Source: an uncultured Acidobacteriota bacterium (GTDB lineage: Bacteria; Acidobacteriota; UBA6911). From it: a stretch of 64,000 nt of DNA. The notes beneath the pieces are model-generated. The model was not told the DNA's origin and did no database searches. It was given only the letters and a program-made list of their open reading frames with translations. Positions within the stretch are counted from its first letter, which is position 1. Every line of letters begins with the position of its first letter. The position numbers and the translations under genes are program-made. Below are positions 21,601-31,844 of the stretch, piece after piece. The stretch lies in contig CAWHCF010000023.1 of assembly GCA_963827655.1 (NCBI GenBank), positions 224,001 through 288,000 on the forward strand, read 5' to 3'.

Positions 21601-23167
21601 TTGAGGCAGATCCGCCGCGCGCTCCTGAGTGTTTCTGATAAGACCGGTCTGGTCGAGTTTGCGCTTTTTCTTCACGGCCACCAGGTTGAGCTAATCTCCA
21701 CGGGCGGCACTGCAAAACTGTTGCGCGACTCCGGAATACCGGTGATTGAAGCGGCGGACTATACCGGTTTTCCCGAGATTCTGGATGGGCGAGTCAAGAC
21801 TCTTCATCCGAAAATTCACGGCGGCCTGCTCGCCATACGTGACCGGGCTTCCCATCAGTCTCAGGCTCAGGAGCATGGAATCAAAGAGATCGACCTGGTC
21901 GTGGCAAACCTCTATCCGTTTCGTGAGGCGGCCGCTCGCGAGGGAGTTCCTTTTGAAGAAGTCCTGGAGCAGATTGACATCGGCGGTCCGAGCATGATCC
22001 GCTCGGCGGCGAAAAACCACGCCTTCGTCGCGGTGATCACCGATCCGCTCGACTACGGATGGGTGCGCCAGGAACTGGAGTCGAACCAGTGCAGCCTGGG
22101 AGCCAAGACGCGTCTCCTGCTCGCGCAAAAAGCCTTTGGCTGCACGGCGGCCTACGATGGAGCCATTGCAGCTTACCTGGCGAACCGCGCGAGATCCGAT
22201 AGTGGCGAAGACCCGAGTGGGAACCCGCTGCCTGGGGTTGACATCCTGCCGCTGGAGAAGCTGCGCGACCTTCGCTACGGAGAGAATCCTCATCAGCGCG
22301 GAGCGCTTTATCGAGGCGCCGGGCCGGCGCAAGGCGGAATCGCCGGGGCGGAGGTGCTGCACGGGAAGGAGCTGAGTTACAACAATCTGTTGGATGCCGA
22401 CGCAGCCTGGAATCTGGTCCTTGAATTTGACCTTCCCGCCGGGGCGGTAATCAAACATGCCAACCCGAGCGGCGTGGCACAGAACGACAATCTGAAACTT
22501 GCCTATATCCACGCCCGTGACTGCGACCCGGTTTCGGCCTACGGGTCGGTGGTTGCGTTCAACCGCGCCGTAGACGCGGAAACCGCCCAGGAGCTGGTTT
22601 CGACGTTCGTTGAAGTAGTGGTGGCTCCGGGTTACACCGACGAAGCGCTCGCCATTCTCAAGCAGCGGAAGAACCTCCGGATTCTGCTCGTGCGCTCGGG
22701 CGAACCGGCGGCTCTGCAGCGACGTCAGATCAGCGGCGGTTTCCTGGTCCAGGACAAGGATGCTCACCGCACGCGCCGGGAGGATCTGAGAACGGTGTCG
22801 AAACGCCCCCCGACGGAAGACGAAATCGAAGCCATGCTCTTTGGCTGGCGCGTCGTGAAACACGTGAAATCCAACGCCATTGTTTTCAGCAGCCCGAGGC
22901 CGCACGCTGGGAATCGGAGCCGGACAGATGAGCAGGGTGGATTCGGTAAAATGGGGAGCCCAGCGGGCCACACTCCCGTTGCAGGGTTGTGCGCTGGCAT
23001 CCGACGCATTTTTCCCTTTTGCCGATGGCATCGCGATTGCCGCGAAGTATGGCGCCACGGCTGTCATTCAGCCCGGGGGTTCAGTTCGCGACGCTGAGGT
23101 AATCGAGGCCGCCGACGCCCACGGAATGTCGATGGTCTTCACCGGAATTCGACACTTCAAGCACTGA
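21601..23167 (+). CDS. purH: Bifunctional AICAR transformylase/IMP cyclohydrolase, frameshift near 22894
   Basis: [44 protein letters not shown]; GAGQMSR...ASDAFFPF...RHFKH in the second frame. Confidence 0.96.
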
Positions 23168-23169
23168 AA

Positions 23170-24174
23170 ATGCCATTCATTGCCGTGATAGGAGCGGGGA
23201 CCTGGGGAACGGCGCTGGCCCTGCACCTGGCCCGGATCGAACGACGGGTGCGGCTGTGGGTGCGACGCCCGGAGCTGGCCGAAGAAATCCGGGCTCGTCG
23301 AGAGAACAGCTACTATCTGCCGGGATTTACCCTTCCCGACTCCGTCGACATCGCCAGCGATCCGGAGCAGGTTCTTGATAACGCCGGCACGATTATCTCC
23401 GTGGTACCCTCTCACACCGTGCGCGAGATTTTCTCGCGTCTCAAGCCTTACGTACCGCCTGATACTCCGATACTGAGCGCAAGCAAGGGGATCGAAAACG
23501 AGACGTGCCTGCTGATGACGGACGTCATCCTGCAGACGCTGGGAGAAGCTCGGAGGCCCCGGGTGGCAGCCTTGTCAGGCCCCTCTTTCGCTCTGGAGGT
23601 TGCGCGGGGCGATCCCACCGCAGCCGTGGTCGCCTCTCCGGACGCACGTCTCGCGCGAGATTTCCAGAATGACCTATCGGGGCGCAATTTCCGGATCTAT
23701 ACCAACGGCGATCTCATAGGAACGCAAGTCGGCGGAGCCGTAAAAAATATCATCGCCATCGCTGCCGGCATTGTGAATGGCCTTGGCTTCGGTTCCAACA
23801 CTTCGGCGGCGCTGATTACCCGGGGACTCGCGGAGGTGAAAAGGCTGTGCATAGCGGCGGGCGGCCAGGCCGAAACTCTCTCCGGCCTCGCCGGACTCGG
23901 CGACCTGGTTCTCACCTCGACCGGGGACTTGAGCCGCAATCGCCGATTGGGAAATGAGCTGGGACGAGGAAGGAAGCTGGATGAAATTGTCGCCGGCACG
24001 CATTTTATCGCCGAAGGGGTCCGAACCACGCGTTCGACCTTCGCCCTGGCGCAAAGGCTGAAGGTAGAGATGCCGATAACCGAACAAATGCATGAGGTCC
24101 TCTATGCCGGGAAGCCTCCTCTGGAAGCCATTCGCCATCTCATGGAAAGGGAGCTCAAGAGTGAATCCGGATAA
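23170..24174 (+). CDS. gpsA: NAD(P)H-dependent glycerol-3-phosphate dehydrogenase
   Basis: GAGTWGTALA, SKGIE, LSGPSFA, KNIIAI, GLAGLGDL, SRNR. Confidence 0.96.
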   Translation: MPFIAVIGAGTWGTALALHLARIERRVRLWVRRPELAEEIRARRENSYYLPGFTLPDSVDIASDPEQVLDNAGTIISVVPSHTVREIFSRLKPYVPPDTPILSASKGIENETCLLMTDVILQTLGEARRPRVAALSGPSFALEVARGDPTAAVVASPDARLARDFQNDLSGRNFRIYTNGDLIGTQVGGAVKNIIAIAAGIVNGLGFGSNTSAALITRGLAEVKRLCIAAGGQAETLSGLAGLGDLVLTSTGDLSRNRRLGNELGRGRKLDEIVAGTHFIAEGVRTTRSTFALAQRLKVEMPITEQMHEVLYAGKPPLEAIRHLMERELKSESG

Positions 24175-24253
24175 TCTATATCTTGGTGTTTCTTCGTGTC
24201 TTTGAGTCTTGGTGGTATTTGTTTAGAATGCCATCTGCGCTTGGAAAATCGCC

Positions 24254-25015
24254 ATGCTGATGGTCGTTGATGTGGGAAACTCCAACACGGTCCTCGGAAT
24301 TTACCGAAAGGACGAGCTTCTGAGCCACTGGCGGCTTTCGACGGAGCGGGATCGCACGGCCGATGAGTGGGGCATTCTGATTCGCTCACTTTTCGTTTCG
24401 GGCGAGATGTCCAACGCTACGGTTACGGCTATTGCGATTTCCTCCGTCGTTCCTCCTGCCAGGCCTGCGCTGGAGGAGATGTCGCTCCGCTACTTCGGAA
24501 TTCAAGCCCTGTTCATCGAGGCCACGATGGATCTCGGGATGCCGGTGCGTTACCACCCGCCTGCCGACGTGGGTGCCGACCGAATCGTGAATGCAGTCGC
24601 GGCTTACCATGAGTTTGGAGGTCCGGTCATAGTCGTCGATTTCGGAACCGCTACCACTTTCGATGCGATCTCCCCGGAAGGGGAGTACCTGGGCGGGGTC
24701 ATCGCTCCCGGGATTGGCATCTCTGCCGAAGCGCTGTTTCTGCGGGCGGCACGCCTCCCGCGGGTGGAGATCAGGCCGCCGTCAAGTGTGATCGGCAATA
24801 CCACGATCGGCAGCATGCAATCGGGCTTGTACTGGGGGTACGCCGGCCTGGTCGACGGGATTTTGCTGCGCATGAAGCGGGAGCTGGAAAACCCCTACGT
24901 GGTTTCGACGGGAGGCCTGGCCGAATTGATATTTCCTGCTTGCGCGGAAATCGACTCCGTAGAGAAGAACCTCACACTGGAAGGGATGCGCCTCATTCAC
25001 GAACGCCTGAAATGA
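24254..25015 (+). CDS. coaX: Type III pantothenate kinase
   Basis: VDVGNSNT, GADR, VDFGTATT, GGVIAPG, TGG. Confidence 0.96.
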   Translation: MLMVVDVGNSNTVLGIYRKDELLSHWRLSTERDRTADEWGILIRSLFVSGEMSNATVTAIAISSVVPPARPALEEMSLRYFGIQALFIEATMDLGMPVRYHPPADVGADRIVNAVAAYHEFGGPVIVVDFGTATTFDAISPEGEYLGGVIAPGIGISAEALFLRAARLPRVEIRPPSSVIGNTTIGSMQSGLYWGYAGLVDGILLRMKRELENPYVVSTGGLAELIFPACAEIDSVEKNLTLEGMRLIHERLK

Positions 25016-25734
25016 ATTACTTCAATTATTTCACCGAAATCGAGGATCATTTTGTCCGGCGTCGCGGCAAGCACCTTTTCGTTTCACCAATGGACTGGAG
25101 CCTGATCGCCACCTGGCGCGACTCAGGAATTCCTCTACACGTGGCTATGCGCGGGATCGATATCGCCATGGATTCTTTTTTCTCCAAACCGAATCGCCGC
25201 GGGACGGTGAACAGCCTTTTCTATTGTCACGAGACTGTGATGGAGGAATATGAGCGGCATCTCGAATCCCACGTGGGAGAGGAGGCGAAGCCCGACGAGA
25301 AGAAGTCAGCTTCCGGGGCAGAGGAAGGGCCCGACAAGGACACGGTAAAGAAATTCCTTACCGCCAGAATCTCCGAAATAAAATCCCTCCCCGCGAAACT
25401 CTTAGGACAGCAGAGTGGAACCCTTGTAGAGGCCGTTGACCGGGTTCTTTCTCGCCTGGAGGAGATTGCTAAGGACCTGGCGGATACCGTCCGAGTCAAT
25501 CTTGAGTCGCTGGATCGCGACCTCGCTATTCTGGATGATGTGCTGACGACTGAACTGCGGACCGCTGTGACTCCCGAACAGATGCGGGAGTGGGAGGAGG
25601 AGGCGAAAAAAGAGCTGAAGATATATCGAAAACGGTTGCCGAAAGAGACCTATAAAAAGATCCAGGAGAATTTTCTGCGCGGCAAGATCCACCGCCTGTT
25701 CGATCTGGGTGAGCTAAGTCTTTTTCACCTATGA
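25012..25734 (+). CDS. Hypothetical protein with DnaD-like N-terminal motif
   Basis: ATGA overlaps with both coaX and the downstream methyltransferase; SPMDWSLIATWRDSGIP motif. Confidence 0.75.
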   Translation: MNYFNYFTEIEDHFVRRRGKHLFVSPMDWSLIATWRDSGIPLHVAMRGIDIAMDSFFSKPNRRGTVNSLFYCHETVMEEYERHLESHVGEEAKPDEKKSASGAEEGPDKDTVKKFLTARISEIKSLPAKLLGQQSGTLVEAVDRVLSRLEEIAKDLADTVRVNLESLDRDLAILDDVLTTELRTAVTPEQMREWEEEAKKELKIYRKRLPKETYKKIQENFLRGKIHRLFDLGELSLFHL

Positions 25735-26996
25735 AGACCCGCCGCAAGGTCATCCCTCAAAGCTTCGAGGTTACAATCGAGAAGCTTGTTTATGGTGGTT
25801 TCGGACTCGGGCGTCACGAGGGAAAGGTAGTCTTTGTTCCTTTCACCGTGCCGGCCGACCGCGTCGAGGTGCGGGTTGTCCGGCAAAGGAGGAATTTTCT
25901 TCATGCTGCGGTGGTCAAGGTGCTGCAGCCTGGACCTGGACGGCAAGCGCCGCCGTGTGGTCATTTCGGCAAGTGCGGAGGTTGCCAATGGCAGCATCTG
26001 GAATATCCACGCCAGGTGGAAACCAAGCGCCAGATTCTGGAAGAAGTACTCCATCATCGGTTTCCTGAGTGCCGGAAGCTCGAGATCAGGATGCAAGAAG
26101 CGCCCGAACCGTTCGGCTATCGCTCCCGAGCGCGGGTCCAGCTACGGGGATTCGGGTCAAGATCGAAAGTGGGGTTTTTTCGATTCCAATCGCACGAGCT
26201 GGAAGACGTCGAATCATGTCCTTTGTTTCGGCCCGTATTGAACGAGGCTCTCGATTCCGTGCGGCAGACCCGCCGGAACGAGAGTTACGATCCGGGGACG
26301 CAGCAACTCGAGCTGGCCTGTTCGCAAGAGGATGGGACCTGGGGAATGGCCGACGCCAGCCGTGAGGCAGACGAGGGATTCTCGGCCGCTCGGGGGAATG
26401 AGGATTCTGAGGCTGATCCCGTCATCCTCCGGAGAAAAATCGGCGACTTCACCTACTCGGTTTCACCCTCGGTTTTTTTCCAGGCGAACGACCATCTGGT
26501 GGAAACGATGGTGCAGCGCGTAGAAAACCTCGCGCAAGGATCGACCGGAACGGCGGCAGCACTCGATCTCTTCTGCGGCGTTGGACTGTTCACGCTCGCT
26601 CTGGCACGACGGTTCCAGAGTGTAGTAGCTGTGGAGAGTTCGCTTCTTGCATCCCGGCTCTGCGCGCAGAACGCGACGGAGGCCCGGCTGCCGAACATCA
26701 AGACGATCTGTGCGCAGGCGGTGGAGTGGACGCAAGCGACGGCTGCCGGCGGGCAGCAAAATTTCGATCTGGTCCTTCTGGATCCGCCACGAGCGGGCGC
26801 GGGGGCTGAGGTGATGAAGCGCCTGTCCGACTGGGCACCCGGAACAATCATTTACGTCTCGTGCGATCCCCACACGATGGTCCGGGATCTTGCCTGTCTC
26901 AATCCAGGAGACTACGAGATCGACTCGATCGAAGGACTCGACCTTTTCCCTCAAACCTATCACTTTGAAAGCCTGGTCCGCCTGAGACGCCGCTAA
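25731..26996 (+). CDS. rlmD: TRAM-domain RNA m5U methyltransferase (RlmD/TrmA family)
   Basis: TRAM domain, CGHFGKCGGCQWQH Fe-S motif, FFQAN, DLFCGVG, LDPPR, YVSCDP, DLFPQTYHFE. Confidence 0.88.
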   Translation: MKTRRKVIPQSFEVTIEKLVYGGFGLGRHEGKVVFVPFTVPADRVEVRVVRQRRNFLHAAVVKVLQPGPGRQAPPCGHFGKCGGCQWQHLEYPRQVETKRQILEEVLHHRFPECRKLEIRMQEAPEPFGYRSRARVQLRGFGSRSKVGFFRFQSHELEDVESCPLFRPVLNEALDSVRQTRRNESYDPGTQQLELACSQEDGTWGMADASREADEGFSAARGNEDSEADPVILRRKIGDFTYSVSPSVFFQANDHLVETMVQRVENLAQGSTGTAAALDLFCGVGLFTLALARRFQSVVAVESSLLASRLCAQNATEARLPNIKTICAQAVEWTQATAAGGQQNFDLVLLDPPRAGAGAEVMKRLSDWAPGTIIYVSCDPHTMVRDLACLNPGDYEIDSIEGLDLFPQTYHFESLVRLRRR

Positions 26997-26997
26997 C

Positions 26998-27104
26998 GAT
27001 TGCAGATTCTTGCGGATTGCGGATTGCAGATTGCGGATTGAACAAGGAGCACGGCCTCCCGACTGCTTGTCAATCTGCAATCTGCAATCCGAAATCCGCA
27101 ATCG
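26998..27104. repeat. Heptamer inverted tandem repeat (GATTGCG/CGCAATC)
   Basis: GATTGCAGATTCTTGCGGATTGCGGATTGCAGATTGCGGATTG ... CAATCTGCAATCTGCAATCCGAAATCCGCAATCG. Confidence 0.8.
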
Positions 27105-29779
27105 ATACGGTTCCTTTCGTCGGCGTGGCTTCGTCGCTGGGCCTCGGTATTTTAGCTTCACGCGCGCTGCTCCACTACTGCTTCGCGGGTATTCTGCTGG
27201 CGGCCCTGCTTCTGATCGCCGCCTCATTGATCGCGCTCAAGCGCAATCGCCTGAAAACAGCCGTAGCTGCCGGCCTGACGTCAATCTGGCTGGCTGGAGT
27301 GGCCCTCGGGGTTACCGAGAGAGATGTTTTTCCCAAAGATCACCTCCGTTCCCTTCTGGCCGGAAACAGGTTTCCTCTCGGCGAGCTGGTCGCTTTTGAC
27401 GCGTGCATCTCGGAGGAGATAGAGCGCCGCCCACGGTACAACCTGCTTACCGTGGAACTTCACGGTATCCGGATCAAGGATCAATGGATCCCGGCCAGGG
27501 GGAAGGCCCTGCTCCGTATGCCCATTCTACAGGTCGAAGATGACTCGCTTCCTGCCGAAAATCTTCATTACGGCGATAGGATGCGCGGCTGGGCAGAGTG
27601 GACCATACCGCGCAACTTTCAGAACCCCGGGGGAAATGACTGGGTCGAATCTCTTGTCGGTCGAGACATCTTTCTTCTGGGGAGAATCAAGTCTCCGAGG
27701 GTGGTCGAGGTTCTTCCCCGGGATTGCCGAAGTTTAGGGAAAGCCTTCTTGCTGAGGGCGCGCGAGAAGGTGAGGACGAGGCTGCAATATTTTGCCTCAC
27801 GCAACCAGGGACAAGAGGCGGCGGTTCTTGCCAGTGTTCTGATTGGAGACTATTCCGAACTCAGCACAGCCACGCGAGAATCATTTCAGAATGCAGGCAC
27901 TTATCACGTGCTCGTAGTCTCCGGCCTCCATGTGGGCTGGATCGCCTGGGTCCTGATGAATCTATGCCGGCTTCTTCGATTGCCGCCCGGAACTACTCGC
28001 GCCGCCGCCGCAATCGGAATCCTGCTATACGCCAGTCTGATCGGCTTTCAGGCGAGCATTTCGCGTTGCCTTTGGATGTTTTTTCTATACCTGGGCGGGC
28101 AGGCGCTCTTCCGAGCCGCCTCCCCCGTCAACCTCATTCTAGTCTCGGCCTTTCTTCTGCTCGTGGCAAGTCCACACTGGTTGTTCGACATCGGGTTCCA
28201 GCTCTCTTTTCTGTCGGTGATGGCTATCTTTCAACTTGCGCAACCCGGCTTTGATCGCTATCTCCGCCCGCTGTTGGCACCGGTGTGCCACGCGGGTGAC
28301 CTGGCCCGGCTTCACCTCGAGGGCCATGCCCGGCCCGCCCGAATCGGGCGGCGCTGGCGCGCCCAGGTTGAAATGATCGCCGAGGAGTGGGGCGACCGAT
28401 GTTGCCGTGCTTTCGAGACTGGTCTTCTCATGCTCTCAAGAATCGGTGCAAGCGCCGGACTGCTTCTGGCCGGGATGTTTCTTGCGTCTCTTTCGGTGCA
28501 GATCTGGCTTGGTCCGGTCCTGGCTCTCTACTTCAACCGGCTGAGCTGGATCTCCCCCCTCGCGAACCTGGCGATAGTCCCACTCTCATCCCTCGTCCTG
28601 GCGGCGGGCGCCCTGGCAGCCCTGACCGTCCATACGACTTTTCCGGGCTACTGGGTGTATCAGGCCGCAGGCTGGATTTGTTCGCTTCTCCTGAAGACCA
28701 ATGACTGGATCGCCCTCGTGCCGCATACCTGGCAACGCTGCCCCACCCCCTCCCCCATTTGGGTCTGGAGTCTCCTCTTGATTATCTTTTGTTGGTGCAC
28801 ATTGCGGTTGACCAGGATCTGGATTCCCTGCTGCGCCATTGTGCTCAGTCTGGTCTGGTTCGGCCGTGGACCTGATCCCAGCGCGGCAATGTATGTGCCG
28901 ACCCATCCCGAATCAAGCCTGGCAGGCCGCTCGTGGGCAACACGCCCGGCAGAATTGCGATTGACCTTTCTGGACGTAGGTCAGGGAGATTCAATCGTCG
29001 TCCAGTATCCGGACACTTCAGTCTGGGTGCTCGACGCCGGCGGAATTCGCGACCCGGCTCCGGAAGGCGGGCGCCATGCGTTTGATGTCGGAGAGGCCGT
29101 AGTCAGCCGGTACCTCTGGTGGTTGTGGGTCCGAGGGCTGGATCGAATTGTCCTGTCGCATCCGCACCAGGACCACGCGGGCGGCATTCCGGCCCTGCTG
29201 AAGAATTTCAAGGTTGAGCGGCTCAATTATGGGGAACCGCGAAACGATCCGACTCTTGATCGGCTCAGGGCAATCGCCCTCGAGCGGCAGGTCGAATCCC
29301 GCCGCGCCTCGGCGGGAGAGATGGCGCTCGTCGGTGATGTGCGGGTGGACTTCATCAATCCACCGGCAGACGGCGAAGCTCGATCCACGAATGACAATTC
29401 CCTGGTCCTTCATCTTCATTTCGGACGTTTTTCAGCATTGCTGGCAGGTGACCTCGAGCGAGAAGGCGAACTGGCGCTCTTAGCCCGCTCTTCATCGTTA
29501 CGCGCCCTCCTCCTGAAAGTCGCGCACCATGGGAGTCGATCTGCCACCCTGGATTCATTTCTTGAACGAGTGCGCCCCCGCTGGGCCGTGCTTTCCGCAG
29601 GCAGGAACAACCCGTTCGGCCACCCCTCTCGAGAAGTCTTGCTTCGACTGGTCCATCACGGAGCGCGACCGTTTCTTACGTTGGATCACGGGGCTATCAC
29701 CATCGTCACCGATGGTGAGCGCTATACTCTGGAGAGCTTCCGGTCAGGAGTCGTCGAGAGAGGCATCCTGCCCGACTGA
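27017..29779 (+). CDS. comEC: ComEC/Rec2 DNA uptake channel (true start uncertain)
   Basis: HVLVVSGLH, GFQLSF, FLDVGQGD, SHPHQDHAGG, LKVAHHGS, NPFGHP. Confidence 0.93.
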   Translation: MRIADCGLNKEHGLPTACQSAICNPKSAIDTVPFVGVASSLGLGILASRALLHYCFAGILLAALLLIAASLIALKRNRLKTAVAAGLTSIWLAGVALGVTERDVFPKDHLRSLLAGNRFPLGELVAFDACISEEIERRPRYNLLTVELHGIRIKDQWIPARGKALLRMPILQVEDDSLPAENLHYGDRMRGWAEWTIPRNFQNPGGNDWVESLVGRDIFLLGRIKSPRVVEVLPRDCRSLGKAFLLRAREKVRTRLQYFASRNQGQEAAVLASVLIGDYSELSTATRESFQNAGTYHVLVVSGLHVGWIAWVLMNLCRLLRLPPGTTRAAAAIGILLYASLIGFQASISRCLWMFFLYLGGQALFRAASPVNLILVSAFLLLVASPHWLFDIGFQLSFLSVMAIFQLAQPGFDRYLRPLLAPVCHAGDLARLHLEGHARPARIGRRWRAQVEMIAEEWGDRCCRAFETGLLMLSRIGASAGLLLAGMFLASLSVQIWLGPVLALYFNRLSWISPLANLAIVPLSSLVLAAGALAALTVHTTFPGYWVYQAAGWICSLLLKTNDWIALVPHTWQRCPTPSPIWVWSLLLIIFCWCTLRLTRIWIPCCAIVLSLVWFGRGPDPSAAMYVPTHPESSLAGRSWATRPAELRLTFLDVGQGDSIVVQYPDTSVWVLDAGGIRDPAPEGGRHAFDVGEAVVSRYLWWLWVRGLDRIVLSHPHQDHAGGIPALLKNFKVERLNYGEPRNDPTLDRLRAIALERQVESRRASAGEMALVGDVRVDFINPPADGEARSTNDNSLVLHLHFGRFSALLAGDLEREGELALLARSSSLRALLLKVAHHGSRSATLDSFLERVRPRWAVLSAGRNNPFGHPSREVLLRLVHHGARPFLTLDHGAITIVTDGERYTLESFRSGVVERGILPD

Positions 29780-29840
29780 CGACTTGTCTTTAGTGAAGAT
29801 TCGGCGCTTATGTTCGTGCTTACGAGAATTTTGTTCACGT

Positions 29841-30050
29841 TAGAAGCCAGAAGTCAGGAGTCAGGAGCAAGAATACCAGTGAGACAGATTGATTCTGTGG
29901 CCTCCGCGAGTTGCCTCCGGCTCGCTGACCTAGGATTTTTCTGGCACACGGCTTGGGTTACGGCAGACTGGAAAGTGGGCCGCCTGCTGAATGCAAATGC
30001 AATTCTGACTTCCGGCTCCTGACTTCTGACTCCTGCTTCTGACTATCTGA
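29841..30050. repeat. Heptamer inverted tandem repeat (CAGAAGT/ACTTCTG) enclosing a probable four-helix-bundle gene remnant
   Basis: AGAAGCCAGAAGTCAGGAGTCAGGAG ... TTCTGACTTCCGGCTCCTGACTTCTGACTCCTG; interior translates to LADLGF...VGRLLNANAILTSGS*. Confidence 0.65.
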
Positions 30051-30275
30051 CTTCCAATCCCGCTGCTTTTGCCGGGATATCAAGGGCGCAGCCCTTCCCC
30101 GGTTAGTGTCTTCGCGGTTGATTCTGTTAACCTTGCCCGTGTCAGGGGCTTGGTATAAAATTCGCCATGTTTTCTTGCCGAACGGGTTGTATGCAGCGGG
30201 CCGATCCAATCGGCGCAATCTCTGCGCCATCATGAATAGATGCCGTCGATCCGGAATCTTCCAGGAGAGGTATAG

Positions 30276-31694
30276 ATGACCTATAACAGAGCACTGCTGA
30301 CCACTCTCGCATTGGTCGCTGTCTTGAGCTTCCAGATCGTTACAATTAACGGTTCCGCACAGACAACCAAAAGGACGGCCCCGGTCACCTTCAGCAAAGA
30401 CATCGCTCCGATCTTGCAGAAGCAATGCGCCTCGTGTCACCGTCCTGGCGGCATGGCCCCGATGTCCCTTCTGTCTTACAAGGATACTCGGCCGTGGGCC
30501 AAGTCAATCCGCGAGAATGTGGTAAAACGAGAGATGCCCCCGTGGCACGCCGATCCACGCTATGGCGAGTTTGCCAACGACCGCCGGCTGTCTCAGGGTG
30601 AAGTCGATACGATTGCAGCCTGGGTGGATGGCGGCGCTTTGAAGGGAGATGACAAGGACCTCCCGCCGCCGCTCACATTCAACGAAAACTGGAGAATCGG
30701 CAGCCCGGACCTGGTCCTGAGCATGACCGAGGAATTCACCCTGGCGGCAGACGGGCCGGATGAATATCAGTATTTCGTTGTTCCAACCAATTTCACAGAA
30801 GACCGATGGGTGCGGGCTGCCGAAGCGCGCCCCGGCAATAACAAGATCGTGCACCACATGATCGCATTCATCCAGCCCGCGCGCCCTAAGACTCAGGAAG
30901 GTAATGCCGGCTCGATTCGGCGGGATTCCGCGCGCATGAAAGAGAGTATCTTCTACAAGGACGGAACGCTGATTCGGGTGAAGCCATCCGCGCCTGTGTT
31001 CGACAATGGTTGCGCCACGCCGGAAGGGGGACAGGGAGTCTTCACCGATGGCACCGGTCGAGACACGATGCTGTCACTCCTCTGTGGCCAGGCGCCAGGG
31101 CGAGATGCTGACATCTGGCCTGCGGGAACGGCAAAGAAGATTCCTGCCGGGGCGAATCTCTTGATCCAGATGCACTACGCCAAGAACGGCAGCGTGGAAA
31201 AGGACCGCTCCACCGTAGGATTGATCTTCGCCAAAGAGGCCCCGGAGCGCGAACTGGTGACTATTCCCATTCAAAACCACTTCTTTTCGGTGCCGCCGGG
31301 AGCCGAGAACCACGAGGTCACGTCCTGCTTCACCTTCGGCGAAGGTATACGGATCGTATCCTTGATGCCTCACATGCATCTCCGAGGGAAGGACATGCAA
31401 ATCAAGGCTGCCTATCCGGACGGCAAATCAGAAATTCTGCTCTCGGTGCCGAACTACAGTTTCAACTGGCAGGCGACCTATTATCTCAAGAAGCCTCTCG
31501 CGGTGCCCAAAGGAACCCGCATCGAAGTCACCGCCCATTTCGACAATTCGACGAAGAATAAGTACAACCCAGACCCGACCAAAGTGGTGCGCTGGGGAGA
31601 TCCGACGTACGACGAGATGATGATAGGCTGGATGGACTACATATCGGATAGTCCGGGACAGGTCAAACCCGCTACTTCCGCAAGCAACCGGTAG
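30276..31694 (+). CDS. Secreted cytochrome c - copper type II monooxygenase-like protein
   Basis: Signal peptide, CASCH heme motif, MPPW, VHH, MHY, PHMH, DEM. Confidence 0.8.
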   Translation: MTYNRALLTTLALVAVLSFQIVTINGSAQTTKRTAPVTFSKDIAPILQKQCASCHRPGGMAPMSLLSYKDTRPWAKSIRENVVKREMPPWHADPRYGEFANDRRLSQGEVDTIAAWVDGGALKGDDKDLPPPLTFNENWRIGSPDLVLSMTEEFTLAADGPDEYQYFVVPTNFTEDRWVRAAEARPGNNKIVHHMIAFIQPARPKTQEGNAGSIRRDSARMKESIFYKDGTLIRVKPSAPVFDNGCATPEGGQGVFTDGTGRDTMLSLLCGQAPGRDADIWPAGTAKKIPAGANLLIQMHYAKNGSVEKDRSTVGLIFAKEAPERELVTIPIQNHFFSVPPGAENHEVTSCFTFGEGIRIVSLMPHMHLRGKDMQIKAAYPDGKSEILLSVPNYSFNWQATYYLKKPLAVPKGTRIEVTAHFDNSTKNKYNPDPTKVVRWGDPTYDEMMIGWMDYISDSPGQVKPATSASNR

Positions 31695-31844
31695 ATCGAT
31701 CATGTTTGCCTCTTCGCGTCCTGGCGGTGGCTTGTTCATAACTACCCACCGCTAAGACGCGAAGGCCTTGTCCCTCATGCCCCATCAAAAGCCAACATAA
31801 AGTCGTCCTTAGGTCTGGACGTACATTAGCCCGGAGGGCCCACC

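Noticed and set aside
21691-23067. Long antisense/overlapping ORFs (for example 21691..23067, 8782..9774, 48176..49495, 57728..58969)
   Set aside because: Shadows of well-supported genes in GC-rich DNA, with no recognisable motifs.
29841-30050. Diversity-generating retroelement (because four-helix bundles resemble Avd)
   Set aside because: No reverse transcriptase and no template/variable repeat pair seen.
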